From positions 6,901,954-6,965,953 of the forward strand of contig NZ_CP063458.1 of assembly GCF_015169395.1 (NCBI RefSeq): 64,000 nucleotides of DNA. Reading direction: 5' to 3'. Under the pieces are notes generated by a model, which made no database searches, was not told where the DNA came from, and was given only the letters and a program-made list of their open reading frames with translations. The position numbers and the translations under genes were made by a program. This document shows positions 40,859 through 49,785 of this stretch, in pieces (within the stretch, counting starts at the first letter, position 1; the number at the start of each line of letters is the position of its first letter). This DNA is from Humisphaera borealis. Lineage in GTDB: Bacteria; Planctomycetota; Phycisphaerae; Tepidisphaerales; Tepidisphaeraceae.

Positions 40859-41776
40859 CTAGTCCGAGCCGAGTGTTCCGGAGGCGTGGTAGGCGTCGAT
40901 GCCTTTGGACAGGTCGTACTTTGGGGCATAACCGAGCGAGGCGCGCGACTCGGTAAGATCGGCTTCGGTCCATGTCTGGAAGAAGTCGTAAGGATTCTCG
41001 AAGTACTCCGGCGGCAGATCTGTCTTGAGCACGCGGTTGAGCTGCGTGACCACGTCGTTGAACGACGCCGCGGCCCCCGCGCCCACATTGAAAACGCCCG
41101 AGACCTTCGACGCCGCTGCGCGAAGGTTCATCTGCATGACGTCTTCGATGTACACAAAATCTCGCTTCTGATCGCCGGGCGCGAAGATGCGCGGCCGCTT
41201 GCCGAGGCGCATTTGCTTGGCGAGCTGGTGGATCATGCTGGCGAACTTCCCCTTGTGCTGCTCGCCGGGGCCGTACACGTTGAAATACCGCAGTCCGACG
41301 ATCGGGTGCTTCAGCCGCGGGGCGTACTGCCGGGCGAGGTCTTCCATCGACAGCTTGGAGTAGCCGTAGACATTCAGCGGTTCGGGGCGCTGCGATTCCT
41401 TCATGGGTGCAGGGCCCCGGCCGTAGGTGGCGGCGCTGCTGGCCCAAACCATGCGGCTGCCCCACATCTCGGCCAGGTTCAGCAGATGGCGGAACCCCTC
41501 GGCGTTGTTCTGCATCATCTTCCGCTGGTCGAGCACCGTGGTGTCGGTGATCGACGCCTGGTGGAAGATGACGTCGAACGGGCCGGAGGCCTGCAGCGTG
41601 TTCAGATCATCGGCGTACAGGTCGAGTGTCAGCACGTCGCCGCGGAAATCGACCAGATTTTTGAAAGTAGCGGAAGAAAAGTCGTCCAGGACAACGACAT
41701 CATGCCCGTCGGCCAGCAGCCGCTTGGCAAGGTTCGATCCGATGAATCCGGCTCCGCCGGTGACGAGCATGCGCAT
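40859..41776 (-). CDS. hldD: ADP-L-glycero-D-manno-heptose-6-epimerase
   Basis: MRMLVTGGAGFIGSN, SSAATYG, NVYGYSK and FRYFNVYGPGEQHKG blocks align with HldD/RfaD along the full length. Confidence 0.8.
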   Translation of the reverse strand: MRMLVTGGAGFIGSNLAKRLLADGHDVVVLDDFSSATFKNLVDFRGDVLTLDLYADDLNTLQASGPFDVIFHQASITDTTVLDQRKMMQNNAEGFRHLLNLAEMWGSRMVWASSAATYGRGPAPMKESQRPEPLNVYGYSKLSMEDLARQYAPRLKHPIVGLRYFNVYGPGEQHKGKFASMIHQLAKQMRLGKRPRIFAPGDQKRDFVYIEDVMQMNLRAAASKVSGVFNVGAGAAASFNDVVTQLNRVLKTDLPPEYFENPYDFFQTWTEADLTESRASLGYAPKYDLSKGIDAYHASGTLGSD

Positions 41777-41885
41777 GGTTGATAGACCTTTCGTTTGAGC
41801 CCGCGATTCTACGGGGCGGCGGGGGGCTGTCTACGAAGGGCGGCAAAGGATCACGAAGATCCCCGACCTGTCAGGAGAACCTTTC

Positions 41886-42009
41886 AAGGAGCCGCGCACG
41901 AAGTGTACTCACGGAGAAAGCGGGAACTGTGACGTTCCGTGGTCCATTCCGACGTTTCGGGGTCCATTCCCGCTTACTCCGTGAGTACACTTCGTGCGCG
42001 GCTCCTCAG
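41886..42009. repeat. family C palindromic element (AGGAGCCGCGCACGAAGTGTACTCACGGAGAAAGCGGGAA arms), copy 1
   Basis: ~40-bp inverted arms with ~45-bp loop that contains a GGTCCATTCC direct repeat. Confidence 0.8.
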
Positions 42010-42063
42010 AAGGTCGTACTTCCGATCAAACACTTCGTGCTCCTTCGTAAACTGCCTCCTACA

Positions 42064-43251
42064 ATGCCTCGCATGCCTGACGCCCATTCAGTCATCATCG
42101 TTGGTGCCGGCCCCTCGGGGGCGGTCTCGGCGATCCTTCTGGCCCGAGCGGGGTGGCGCGTGACTCTGCTGGAGCAGCACCGCTTCCCACGTGATAAAGT
42201 TTGTGGCGAATGCCTCAGCGCTACCGGGATCGATGTCCTGCGCCGGATCGGCCTCGATTCGCTGATTCGCAGCTACGGCGCGATCCCGCTGCATTTCACC
42301 CACCTCCACGCCGCCGACGGCACCTCGGCAACCGTCGCACTGCCCCGGCCAATGTGGGGGATCTCACGCCATGTGCTCGACCAGCTGCTGTTAATCGAAG
42401 CCGGCCGCAGCGGGACGGAGGTCCGCCAGCCGGCGCGGTGCGAATCGCTGGTCACGACGGGTCCGACGCCGACGATTCGCGTCCGTGACCTGCTGACCAA
42501 TGTGGTCACCGAAGAACGCCCCGACTGGGTGATTGTCGCCGACGGAAAGTCGGCGTTACTCGGCGCAGAGGTGCCCCGACCGACGAAAGACTTCGGCCTG
42601 AAAGTCCATTTCAAAGATATCGCCGGCCCCGCCGACGCGATCGAACTCTTCGGCACGATGGACACCTACGGCGGCCTGGCGCCGATCGAGAACAACCGCT
42701 GGAACGCCGCGTTCAGCGTGCCGGCATCGCTGTTGCGGCTGCACGCTGGCGACCTTGAGATGGTCTGGGAACGGCTGGTCGGCGAGAACAAGACCCTTCG
42801 TAAGCGGTTGGCCGACGCGACGCGCGTTTCGCCGTTCCTCGCGAGCCCGCTGCCAAGGTTCGGCGTCCGCCGACAGTGGCCGAACCGGGTGATCCCGGTC
42901 GGTAACGCCGCTGCCGCGATGGAGCCCATCGGCGGCGAAGGGATGGGCCTGGCGCTGCGAAGCGCCGAACTTGCGGTGGAACATCTGCTGAGCGCTCAGA
43001 ACGGCACATCCACCGCACGAGATCCCGGCGGCACCGCCGCGGCTTCGTCGGATCCTTCGAATCCGGACATCACCTCTCTCGACCCCGTCGAATTGCAGAA
43101 CGCCTACCACCACCTCTGGCGCACCCGCCGAACCGCCTGCCGGGCAGCGGCGAAAGTTGTCTCGTCCGGGGTTTTCTCCGGAATGGCGATGGAGTTTCTG
43201 CGGCACAATGAACGGGTCGGTCAACGGGCGATGGCGTGGATGGGGAAGTAG
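42064..43251 (+). CDS. FAD-dependent oxidoreductase (geranylgeranyl-reductase-like flavoprotein)
   Basis: N-terminal dinucleotide fold VIIVGAGPSGAVSAILLARAG and second GD motif region. The track ORF begins inside an upstream repeat; first ATG is at 42064. Confidence 0.7.
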   Translation: MPRMPDAHSVIIVGAGPSGAVSAILLARAGWRVTLLEQHRFPRDKVCGECLSATGIDVLRRIGLDSLIRSYGAIPLHFTHLHAADGTSATVALPRPMWGISRHVLDQLLLIEAGRSGTEVRQPARCESLVTTGPTPTIRVRDLLTNVVTEERPDWVIVADGKSALLGAEVPRPTKDFGLKVHFKDIAGPADAIELFGTMDTYGGLAPIENNRWNAAFSVPASLLRLHAGDLEMVWERLVGENKTLRKRLADATRVSPFLASPLPRFGVRRQWPNRVIPVGNAAAAMEPIGGEGMGLALRSAELAVEHLLSAQNGTSTARDPGGTAAASSDPSNPDITSLDPVELQNAYHHLWRTRRTACRAAAKVVSSGVFSGMAMEFLRHNERVGQRAMAWMGK

Positions 43252-43259
43252 CGAGGCTG

Positions 43260-43817
43260 TTAAGTCCCAGTGCCTAACCACGCCTCCAATTCACGCACAA
43301 TGTCGGTTCTCGATCTGCTTTCAAAACATCGCAGCGGCTGATCCCAGTTACCAGTCCCATTCTCAATTCGAACGAGCACCAATCGAAACAGCCCATTCGG
43401 CGCTACGTCACCGTGCCAACAAAGATCGATCAACGTGTCTCGATCCTCATTGACCAAGTAGAGAAGACTCTCATAGAACGCCCAGCGGTTATCGTCGGCC
43501 AGAAATTCCGGCGGATCGATCGCTTCGAATAGATTCCAGAAAATGTGCCATCCACCGTCGACGCGGAGTGGTTGAAGCGTCGGAGATGGACGCTTGGAGG
43601 CGGCGGGCCGCGGGTGCCTCATCCTCCACTCACTTGAGGTTACTTTCCCCGATTCGTCAAGCCCCTTCAGCGGCGTGTGCCCCTCCGTGAGCGACCCCAA
43701 GTACTGCTTGAGAATACTCTCGATCCAAAGGTCGATGCCTTTTACTCCAAGGCTTCTGGCGTGCGTTTCAAGTTGCTGGGCCAGATCGTCTGGAAGTTGA
43801 AACGAATACTCGGTCAT
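43260..43817 (-). CDS. hypothetical protein on low-GC islet (185 aa)
   Basis: Local GC ~53% versus ~64% elsewhere. GGAGA RBS before the ATG (MTEYSFQ...). No recognisable domain. Confidence 0.45.
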   Translation of the reverse strand: MTEYSFQLPDDLAQQLETHARSLGVKGIDLWIESILKQYLGSLTEGHTPLKGLDESGKVTSSEWRMRHPRPAASKRPSPTLQPLRVDGGWHIFWNLFEAIDPPEFLADDNRWAFYESLLYLVNEDRDTLIDLCWHGDVAPNGLFRLVLVRIENGTGNWDQPLRCFESRSRTDIVRELEAWLGTGT

Positions 43818-44092
43818 CTCGTATTTTCTCCAGTTCACTCGTGGCGGTGCAATTGGTGGTTCGTTGCCGACCTTTCGGCTTTCGTAACCCTCGGGCATAA
43901 TCCCGTAGCCCGCCGTAGGCCGCGTCGTCAGCCTCAAATGAATCTGACTCGTCACTTAATCTTGACTGCGCTGTTGCCTTGGTGGAATGAACACGATCAC
44001 TGCTTTAGACAGTTGGACCCCGATTGGCCGATCTTCGACGGATCGCTGGCGATGCTCATTCTATCATTCCAGCGACTATTTGGGCTTAGTAC

Positions 44093-44893
44093 ATGCTGTC
44101 TCGTATAAGCGAAAAGATACCACCGTCAGCCGGCCTGCCGGTTCGTGTCGCCGCACTCCAACACATATTCCCCAACGGCGTCGAAGCCATCCGCCGGGTT
44201 GATCTCGCGATCGCCGCCGGCGAGTTTGTCGCCATCCTCGGTCCGTCCGGGTGCGGCAAGTCCACGTTGCTCCGCGTGATCGCCGGGCTGGAGCGCCAGA
44301 CCGGTGGCGATGTCTCCGTCGGCTCGGCGGATGACGCGGGCCGTAGCGATATCGCGTTCGTCTTCCAGGATGCCCATCTGCTGCCCTGGCGGACGGTGCT
44401 CGCCAACGCGGCCTTGCCGCTGGAACTGCGCGGCGTTCCAGTGGAGCAGCGGACCTCCGCCGCGATCGCGGCACTGGCATCGGTCGGGCTGGCGGGGTTT
44501 GAAGATCGATATCCGGCCCAACTGTCCGGCGGAATGAAGATGCGGGTTTCCATCGCCCGTGCCTTGGTCACACGCCCGCGGCTGCTGCTGATGGATGAGC
44601 CGTTCGCCGCCCTCGACGAGATCACCCGGCAGAAGCTCGATGACCTGCTACGAAAGCTGTGGGCCGACACCGGCATGACGGTGCTTTTCGTCACCCACTC
44701 GACGGAAGAGGCAACCTACCTGGCCAGCCGTGCGGTCGTGATGAGCCGCCGGCCGGGGCGCATTGTGCTCGACCACGCGATCGACCTGCCCGCCGTTCGG
44801 TCGGCCGATCTTCGCGGCGATGTCGCGTTTGCTCGCCATGCCCGCGCGATCTACTCGGCGCTGGAACGTGGGCAGATGACGGAGGTCGCGTGA
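44093..44893 (+). CDS. ABC transporter ATP-binding protein (NitT/TauT family, SsuB/TauB-like)
   Basis: Walker A GPSGCGKST, signature LSGGMKMRVSIARAL, Walker B LLLMDEPFAALD. Confidence 0.9.
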   Translation: MLSRISEKIPPSAGLPVRVAALQHIFPNGVEAIRRVDLAIAAGEFVAILGPSGCGKSTLLRVIAGLERQTGGDVSVGSADDAGRSDIAFVFQDAHLLPWRTVLANAALPLELRGVPVEQRTSAAIAALASVGLAGFEDRYPAQLSGGMKMRVSIARALVTRPRLLLMDEPFAALDEITRQKLDDLLRKLWADTGMTVLFVTHSTEEATYLASRAVVMSRRPGRIVLDHAIDLPAVRSADLRGDVAFARHARAIYSALERGQMTEVA

Positions 44894-45708
44894 AGCCGAG
44901 CGAACCGATCGAGCATCAGTCCACGGCGACGCAGGAGCGCAGCCGATGGCGGACTGCCGTCGCGAGTTTCCTTCCGCCCGTGTTGCCGTTGGTGGTTGTG
45001 CTCGCGTCGATCGAGGCGGCGGTGCAGTTCGGGCTGATCGCGCCTTACATCATTCCGCCGCCGTCGCGAATTTTCGCTTCGATCCGCGACGACCGTGTCG
45101 AGCTGTTCTCGGCGATGCTCAATACATCGATCGCTTCGCTCGTCGGATTCGTGCTCAGTATGGTCATCGGGGTCGTGCTGGCGGTCGTCCTCGCTTCGTC
45201 GGCGTGGATTCAACGGGCGTTCTACCCTTATGCGATCTTCTTCCAGACGGTGCCGATCGTCGCGATCGCGCCGCTGCTGGTCATCTGGTTCGGCTACGGC
45301 ATGCCGACGGCGGTCGCGTCGGCGTTTATCGTGTCGGTGTTCCCCGTGATCGCCAACGCGCTGGCGGGTTTGCTCTCGACCGACCCGGCGCTGCGCGACC
45401 TGTTCCGCCTGTACGGCGCGACACCGACCGCCACGCTGCTCAAGCTTCGTCTGCCCGGCGCGCTGCCGAACATCCTGACCGGCCTGCGGATCGCCGGCGG
45501 ATTGGCGGTGATCGGCGCGATCGTGGGCGAGTTTATTGGCGGCAACGGCAGCCTGGGTGACGTCATCACGTCGGCCCTCACGCAGCAGAAGAACGCCAAG
45601 GTCTTCGCCGCCGTGCTGCTGGCGTCGCTGCTGGGGTTGGCGTTGTTCGGGCTGATCAACCTGGTGAGCCGACTAGCGCTGCGGCACTGGCATGCGTCGG
45701 AGCGGTGA
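44890..45708 (+). CDS. ABC transporter permease (NitT/TauT family, binding-protein-dependent inner membrane component)
   Basis: GTG start overlaps the ATPase stop (GTGA). Six TM segments with EAA-like loop (LRLYGATPTATLLKLRLP). Confidence 0.8.
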   Translation: MKPSEPIEHQSTATQERSRWRTAVASFLPPVLPLVVVLASIEAAVQFGLIAPYIIPPPSRIFASIRDDRVELFSAMLNTSIASLVGFVLSMVIGVVLAVVLASSAWIQRAFYPYAIFFQTVPIVAIAPLLVIWFGYGMPTAVASAFIVSVFPVIANALAGLLSTDPALRDLFRLYGATPTATLLKLRLPGALPNILTGLRIAGGLAVIGAIVGEFIGGNGSLGDVITSALTQQKNAKVFAAVLLASLLGLALFGLINLVSRLALRHWHASER

Positions 45709-45715
45709 TCATTCG

Positions 45716-45900
45716 TCAACTGTCATCCTTTGGAGCACTTCAGAGCGTGTGACTTCTTGAGGAGCCGCGCACGGAGTGCACTCACGGAGTAAGCGGGAAT
45801 GACCCCGAACCGTCACGGTTCCCGCTTGCTGTCACGGTTCCCGCTTACTCCGTGAGTGCACTCCGTGCGCGGCTCCTCAAAGTCACGTACCCTCAGGATG
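45716..45900. repeat. family C palindromic element, copy 2, nested inside family-F-like outer arms
   Basis: Core ~45757-45880 has arms ~90% identical to copy 1. Outer CAACTGTCATCCT...CCTCAGGATGGG arms resemble family F termini. Confidence 0.75.
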
Positions 45901-45943
45901 GGAAATTGGGAGGGCTTTCCGCGTCGTCACCCCATCCAACTCG

Positions 45944-46981
45944 TCACCCCATCGATGCCGCCGTGTGATCCGCAACCAGCTTTCCCCGGTCGCCGCGTTT
46001 CTTCGACGGTCGGCGACCGAAGTCGGCGACGGCCTGCTTTAGCAGTTGGTCGAACTCGGCGACGGCCCGCGGCTCGTGGCGGCCGCGGATGCGCAGACGG
46101 TGCAGCGGGCGGGTGATTTTCAGGTCTGACGTACGAATTTCGACGAGTGTGCCGGAGCGCAGCTCCAGTTCGCACGCCAGGCGCGAAACGAATGCAATCC
46201 CCACGCCCGCCGCCACGGCACGCTTGATGACGATGGTGCTGCCGACGGCCATGACCGGCGTGACGGCAAGCCCACGCGCCGACAGCGCCCGCTCGACCAC
46301 CGCCCGCGTGCCGCTGCCGGCTTCGCGGACGACGAAGGGCTCCCGGCAGAGCACCTCGGCGCGAACGCTGTTCGTGCCGCCCGTCTTGCCCCCGGTTTTC
46401 CCGGCCGCAAGCGGATGTCCGGGAGCGGCAATCGCTATCAGTTCATCGGTCATGAATGGATCGACGACGAACTCGGCCTCGTCGGCGTCCCCTTCGGTCA
46501 TCGCGACGTCGATCAGGCCCGCCGCGAGCCGATCCTGGATGTCATGGGTGTTCGCGATGTCGACTGTCAGCTTCACGCCGGGGAACTTACTGCGAAAGGC
46601 GACAAAGACCGGTGGCAGCAGGTAGACGGCGATCGTCGTACTCGCGCCGATCCTCAGTTCGCCGCGTTCCAGCCCGCGCAGCTCGGCAAGCCGCTGCTCG
46701 GCCTCGGCGGCGAGGCCGAAAATGCGCCTGGCGTAGTCGGCTAGGATCGTTCCCGCCTGCGTCGGCCGCACGCCGCGGGGCAATCGGTCGAACAGTGGAG
46801 TGCCGAGTTGCTTCTCGAGTTCGCGAAGCTGCTTGGAGACGGCCGGCTGACTGACCATCAGGCGGTCGGCCGCCCGGGAAACGCTCTGCTCGGTAGCGAC
46901 GGCATGAACAACGGCGAGGTGATTGAGGTTCATGATGGGGGAGGTACGTGAGATGGAGGCACGCAACAGCTGCTCTCGCAT
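45944..46981 (-). CDS. LysR-family transcriptional regulator
   Basis: N-terminal HTH LNHLAVVHAVATEQSVSRAADRLMVSQPAVSKQLRELE plus LysR substrate-binding domain. Start at 46981 has a GGAGGG RBS; alternative MNLNHL start at 46933. Confidence 0.85.
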   Translation of the reverse strand: MREQLLRASISRTSPIMNLNHLAVVHAVATEQSVSRAADRLMVSQPAVSKQLRELEKQLGTPLFDRLPRGVRPTQAGTILADYARRIFGLAAEAEQRLAELRGLERGELRIGASTTIAVYLLPPVFVAFRSKFPGVKLTVDIANTHDIQDRLAAGLIDVAMTEGDADEAEFVVDPFMTDELIAIAAPGHPLAAGKTGGKTGGTNSVRAEVLCREPFVVREAGSGTRAVVERALSARGLAVTPVMAVGSTIVIKRAVAAGVGIAFVSRLACELELRSGTLVEIRTSDLKITRPLHRLRIRGRHEPRAVAEFDQLLKQAVADFGRRPSKKRGDRGKLVADHTAASMG

Positions 46982-47218
46982 GAAGTCCCTCCACGGCTCC
47001 GTGCCTGAATGAATTTGTGCCTACGACTTTGAGCTCAAGTGACATAACGGATTGGCATGCTTCCGATCACTATTATGTCTTTGCTTCATGTCATCGCAAG
47101 TTCTATTCTTCCGCACCAACGAGAGAGGCATGGGTGTGAGTCACCCGGATCCTCATGGTTGCTGAAGCGACCACGCCCGGCGTTACAGCGTCGTGGCGCT
47201 CGAAACGTGAGAATCATC

Positions 47219-47482
47219 ATGGCCTACGTCATCGCCCAGCCCTGCATCGGAGAGAAGGACACCGCCTGCGTCACGGTCTGTCCGGTGGACTGCATCCACC
47301 CGACCAAGAGCGAGGAATCGTTCGAGGCCGCCGAGATGCTCTACATCGACCCGGCGAGCTGTATTGATTGCGGGTTGTGTGTGGACGAGTGCCCCGTGAA
47401 GGCGATCTTCCCGCAGGAGGATCTGCCGGCCGAGTGGGCCGAGTTCATCGGCCGCAATGCCGACTACTTCAAGACGGTCTGA
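47219..47482 (+). CDS. 7Fe ferredoxin (FdxA-like, 3Fe-4S + 4Fe-4S)
   Basis: MAYVIAQPCIGEKDTACVTVCPVDCIHP...CIDCGLCVDECP cysteine pattern; 87 aa. Divergent from the LysR gene. Confidence 0.85.
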   Translation: MAYVIAQPCIGEKDTACVTVCPVDCIHPTKSEESFEAAEMLYIDPASCIDCGLCVDECPVKAIFPQEDLPAEWAEFIGRNADYFKTV

Positions 47483-47552
47483 GAACGTCGCGCCGAACCA
47501 GCCGATCGCTGGTTTGGCGCTCGAGAGACAAACATCCCATCGTCTGGCGAAG

Positions 47553-47597
47553 CCCCGGGGCAGTTGGAGCGTTTCCAACGCCCCGGGTTTGTTTTGG
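47553..47597 (+). terminator. rho-independent terminator after ferredoxin gene
   Basis: CCCCGGGGCAGTTGGAGCGTTTCCAACGCCCCGGG hairpin followed by TTTGTTTTGG. Confidence 0.65.
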
Positions 47598-47718
47598 TGG
47601 CCGATGGAACAGCGACATTCGAATTTCGCCCTTGGCTTCAACCCCGGTGTTGGAAAGGCGTAACTGAAGACGTACGGTGTGTTTGCCCCCCTGACCCTCC
47701 GCGATCAAACCGACGTCT

Positions 47719-49026
47719 ATGCCCACGACTCGACGCAACTTCCTTAAGTCAGCCGCGATGGCGTTGGGCGGTTTGTCGCTTCCGCAGCTACTCCGCGCCG
47801 AAGCACAGAACGGCATCCGGAACTCGCGCAAGTCGGTCATCATGATTTACCTGTGCGGCGCGCCGCCTCATCAGGACATGTGGGACCTGAAGATGGACGC
47901 CCCATCGGACATCCGCGGGCCGTACAAACCGATCGCCACTAATGTGTCGGGTATCCAGATCTCCGAGCATGCGCCGCGAATCGCGAAGATGATGGACAAG
48001 TTCGTCCCGATTCGCTCGCTGTACGGTTCGCCGAACGGCGCGCACGACTCCTTCATCTGTTACACCGGGCGGCCGCCTTCGGGATCGCCGCAGCCGGCGC
48101 GTGGCTGGCCGTCGCTGGGTTCGACGGCGTCGAAACTTCTGGGGTCGGTCCATCCTTCGATGCCGGCGTTCGTCGGGCTGGCCCCCGACGCCGGGCATCC
48201 GCCATACGGTTCGCCCGGGCATCCGGGTTTCATGGGCCCGAGCCATGCCGCGTTCCGCCCCAACGGCGACGGCATGAACGACCTCAAGCTCGAAGGCGTC
48301 ACCCTGGACCGCATGAACGACCGCACCGGGCTGCTTCGTCGCCTGGATACGCTGCGCCGGGACAGCGACAACAGCGGAAACGTTGACGCGATGGACGCCT
48401 TCCAGAACCAGGCGATGAATGTCCTGACGTCCAGCCGTCTCCTGGATGCTTTGGACGTTACCAAGGAGCCCGGTTCCGTCCGTGAGCGCTACGGCAAAGG
48501 GGACCCCAAGAACTACGGGGATGGCGCCCCGCTGAACCTCGAACATTTCCTGCTGGCACGACGGCTGGTGGAAGCCGGGGCGCGGGTTGTCACATTGAAC
48601 TTCGGTCGGTGGGATTTCCACGACAGCAACTACCCCCAGTTGCTCAAGCACTTGCCGCTCTTCGATCAGGGGGTCAGCGCCCTTGTCCAGGATCTGCACG
48701 ACCGCGGCATGGAGAAAGACGTCGCGGTCGTCGCCTGGGGCGAGTTCGGCCGAACGCCCACCATCAACAAAGACGGCGGTCGCGACCACTGGCCCCGCGT
48801 CGGTGGAGGGTTGCTGGCAGGCGGTGGATTCCGGACCGGGCAGGTGATTGGCGCCACTGATCGCCTGGGCGGCGAGCCGACCGATCGCCCCGTTCACTTC
48901 GGCGAAGTGTTCGCCTCGCTCTATCAGTTTCTCGGTTTGGATCTCAACCAGACAGTGCTGCACGATTTGTCAGGTCGTCCCCAATATCTGGTCGACGGCT
49001 GGAAGCCGATGCCTGAATTGCGGTAA
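47719..49026 (+). CDS. DUF1501 protein (Tat signal), no adjacent PSD1 partner
   Basis: MPTTRRNFLKSAAMALGG Tat motif. DUF1501 blocks (IMIYLCGAPPHQDMWD, GRDHWPRVGGGLLAGGG). Confidence 0.8.
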   Translation: MPTTRRNFLKSAAMALGGLSLPQLLRAEAQNGIRNSRKSVIMIYLCGAPPHQDMWDLKMDAPSDIRGPYKPIATNVSGIQISEHAPRIAKMMDKFVPIRSLYGSPNGAHDSFICYTGRPPSGSPQPARGWPSLGSTASKLLGSVHPSMPAFVGLAPDAGHPPYGSPGHPGFMGPSHAAFRPNGDGMNDLKLEGVTLDRMNDRTGLLRRLDTLRRDSDNSGNVDAMDAFQNQAMNVLTSSRLLDALDVTKEPGSVRERYGKGDPKNYGDGAPLNLEHFLLARRLVEAGARVVTLNFGRWDFHDSNYPQLLKHLPLFDQGVSALVQDLHDRGMEKDVAVVAWGEFGRTPTINKDGGRDHWPRVGGGLLAGGGFRTGQVIGATDRLGGEPTDRPVHFGEVFASLYQFLGLDLNQTVLHDLSGRPQYLVDGWKPMPELR

Positions 49027-49183
49027 TCCCCCGGAATGCGTTCCTGAGCCGCCAATCGCCATGTTTCAAGTGCGCCTAGGCGTTCATTTTCCCGAAACGC
49101 ACCATCTGCAAATTGCGCCAGTCACTTCGGTGTCTTGACAGGTGAAGGAACTCGAATAGAATCCTCAGCCCGAAGTTGGTCAA

Positions 49184-49257
<74 letters not shown>

Positions 49258-49262
49258 TTAAA

Positions 49263-49302
49263 GAACCCCGTTCCTGATGCAGGAACGGGGTTCTTCGTTT
49301 TG
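49263..49302 (+). terminator. rho-independent terminator after tRNA-Asp
   Basis: GAACCCCGTTCCTG-atgc-CAGGAACGGGGTTC perfect 14-bp stem followed by TTCGTTTTGG. Confidence 0.75.
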
Positions 49303-49785
49303 GCAATTCGGGTCCTTCTTCATCGGGTGAGCCCCGTCGACCAAGGGCGGAGCCAATCGACGGTCCGGTGAGGAAGTCGGGTCATATGTCAGCGATTGGA
49401 ATCGTGGAACGACCGCCAGGTGGGGATGGCGGAAATGACGGGCCAAGCATAGCCATAAGACGTTCACCTAGGCAGGGATGCCGCTTCTCCGCGAGATATG
49501 TCTCGAAGTCGGTGACGTCATTCTCAGACGAACCCGTACACCTTGCCGATACGTCTGCAATTCGGTGGAAATCGATGAAGATTGTCGCCGAACAGAAATT
49601 TCGCTTTGCGAACGAGGCATTCGTGCGCTAGTGTATTGATACCGCGCAACACAGTGGGTGAAGCTGCGCAAAAGCCGTCATGCCGTCCGTCCCCCGGGCG
49701 GCGTTTGTTCTCGGTATCCCCGGGCTGCGGTCGGGAGATTGGCTCCCGAGCGCCCTTGCCAGCTCACGACGCAGGAAGTTTGATA

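Noticed and set aside
40841-41782. 313-aa plus-strand ORF
   Set aside because: Antisense to hldD, which matches the heptose epimerase along its full length.
47788-48963. 391-aa minus-strand ORF
   Set aside because: Antisense to the third DUF1501 gene.
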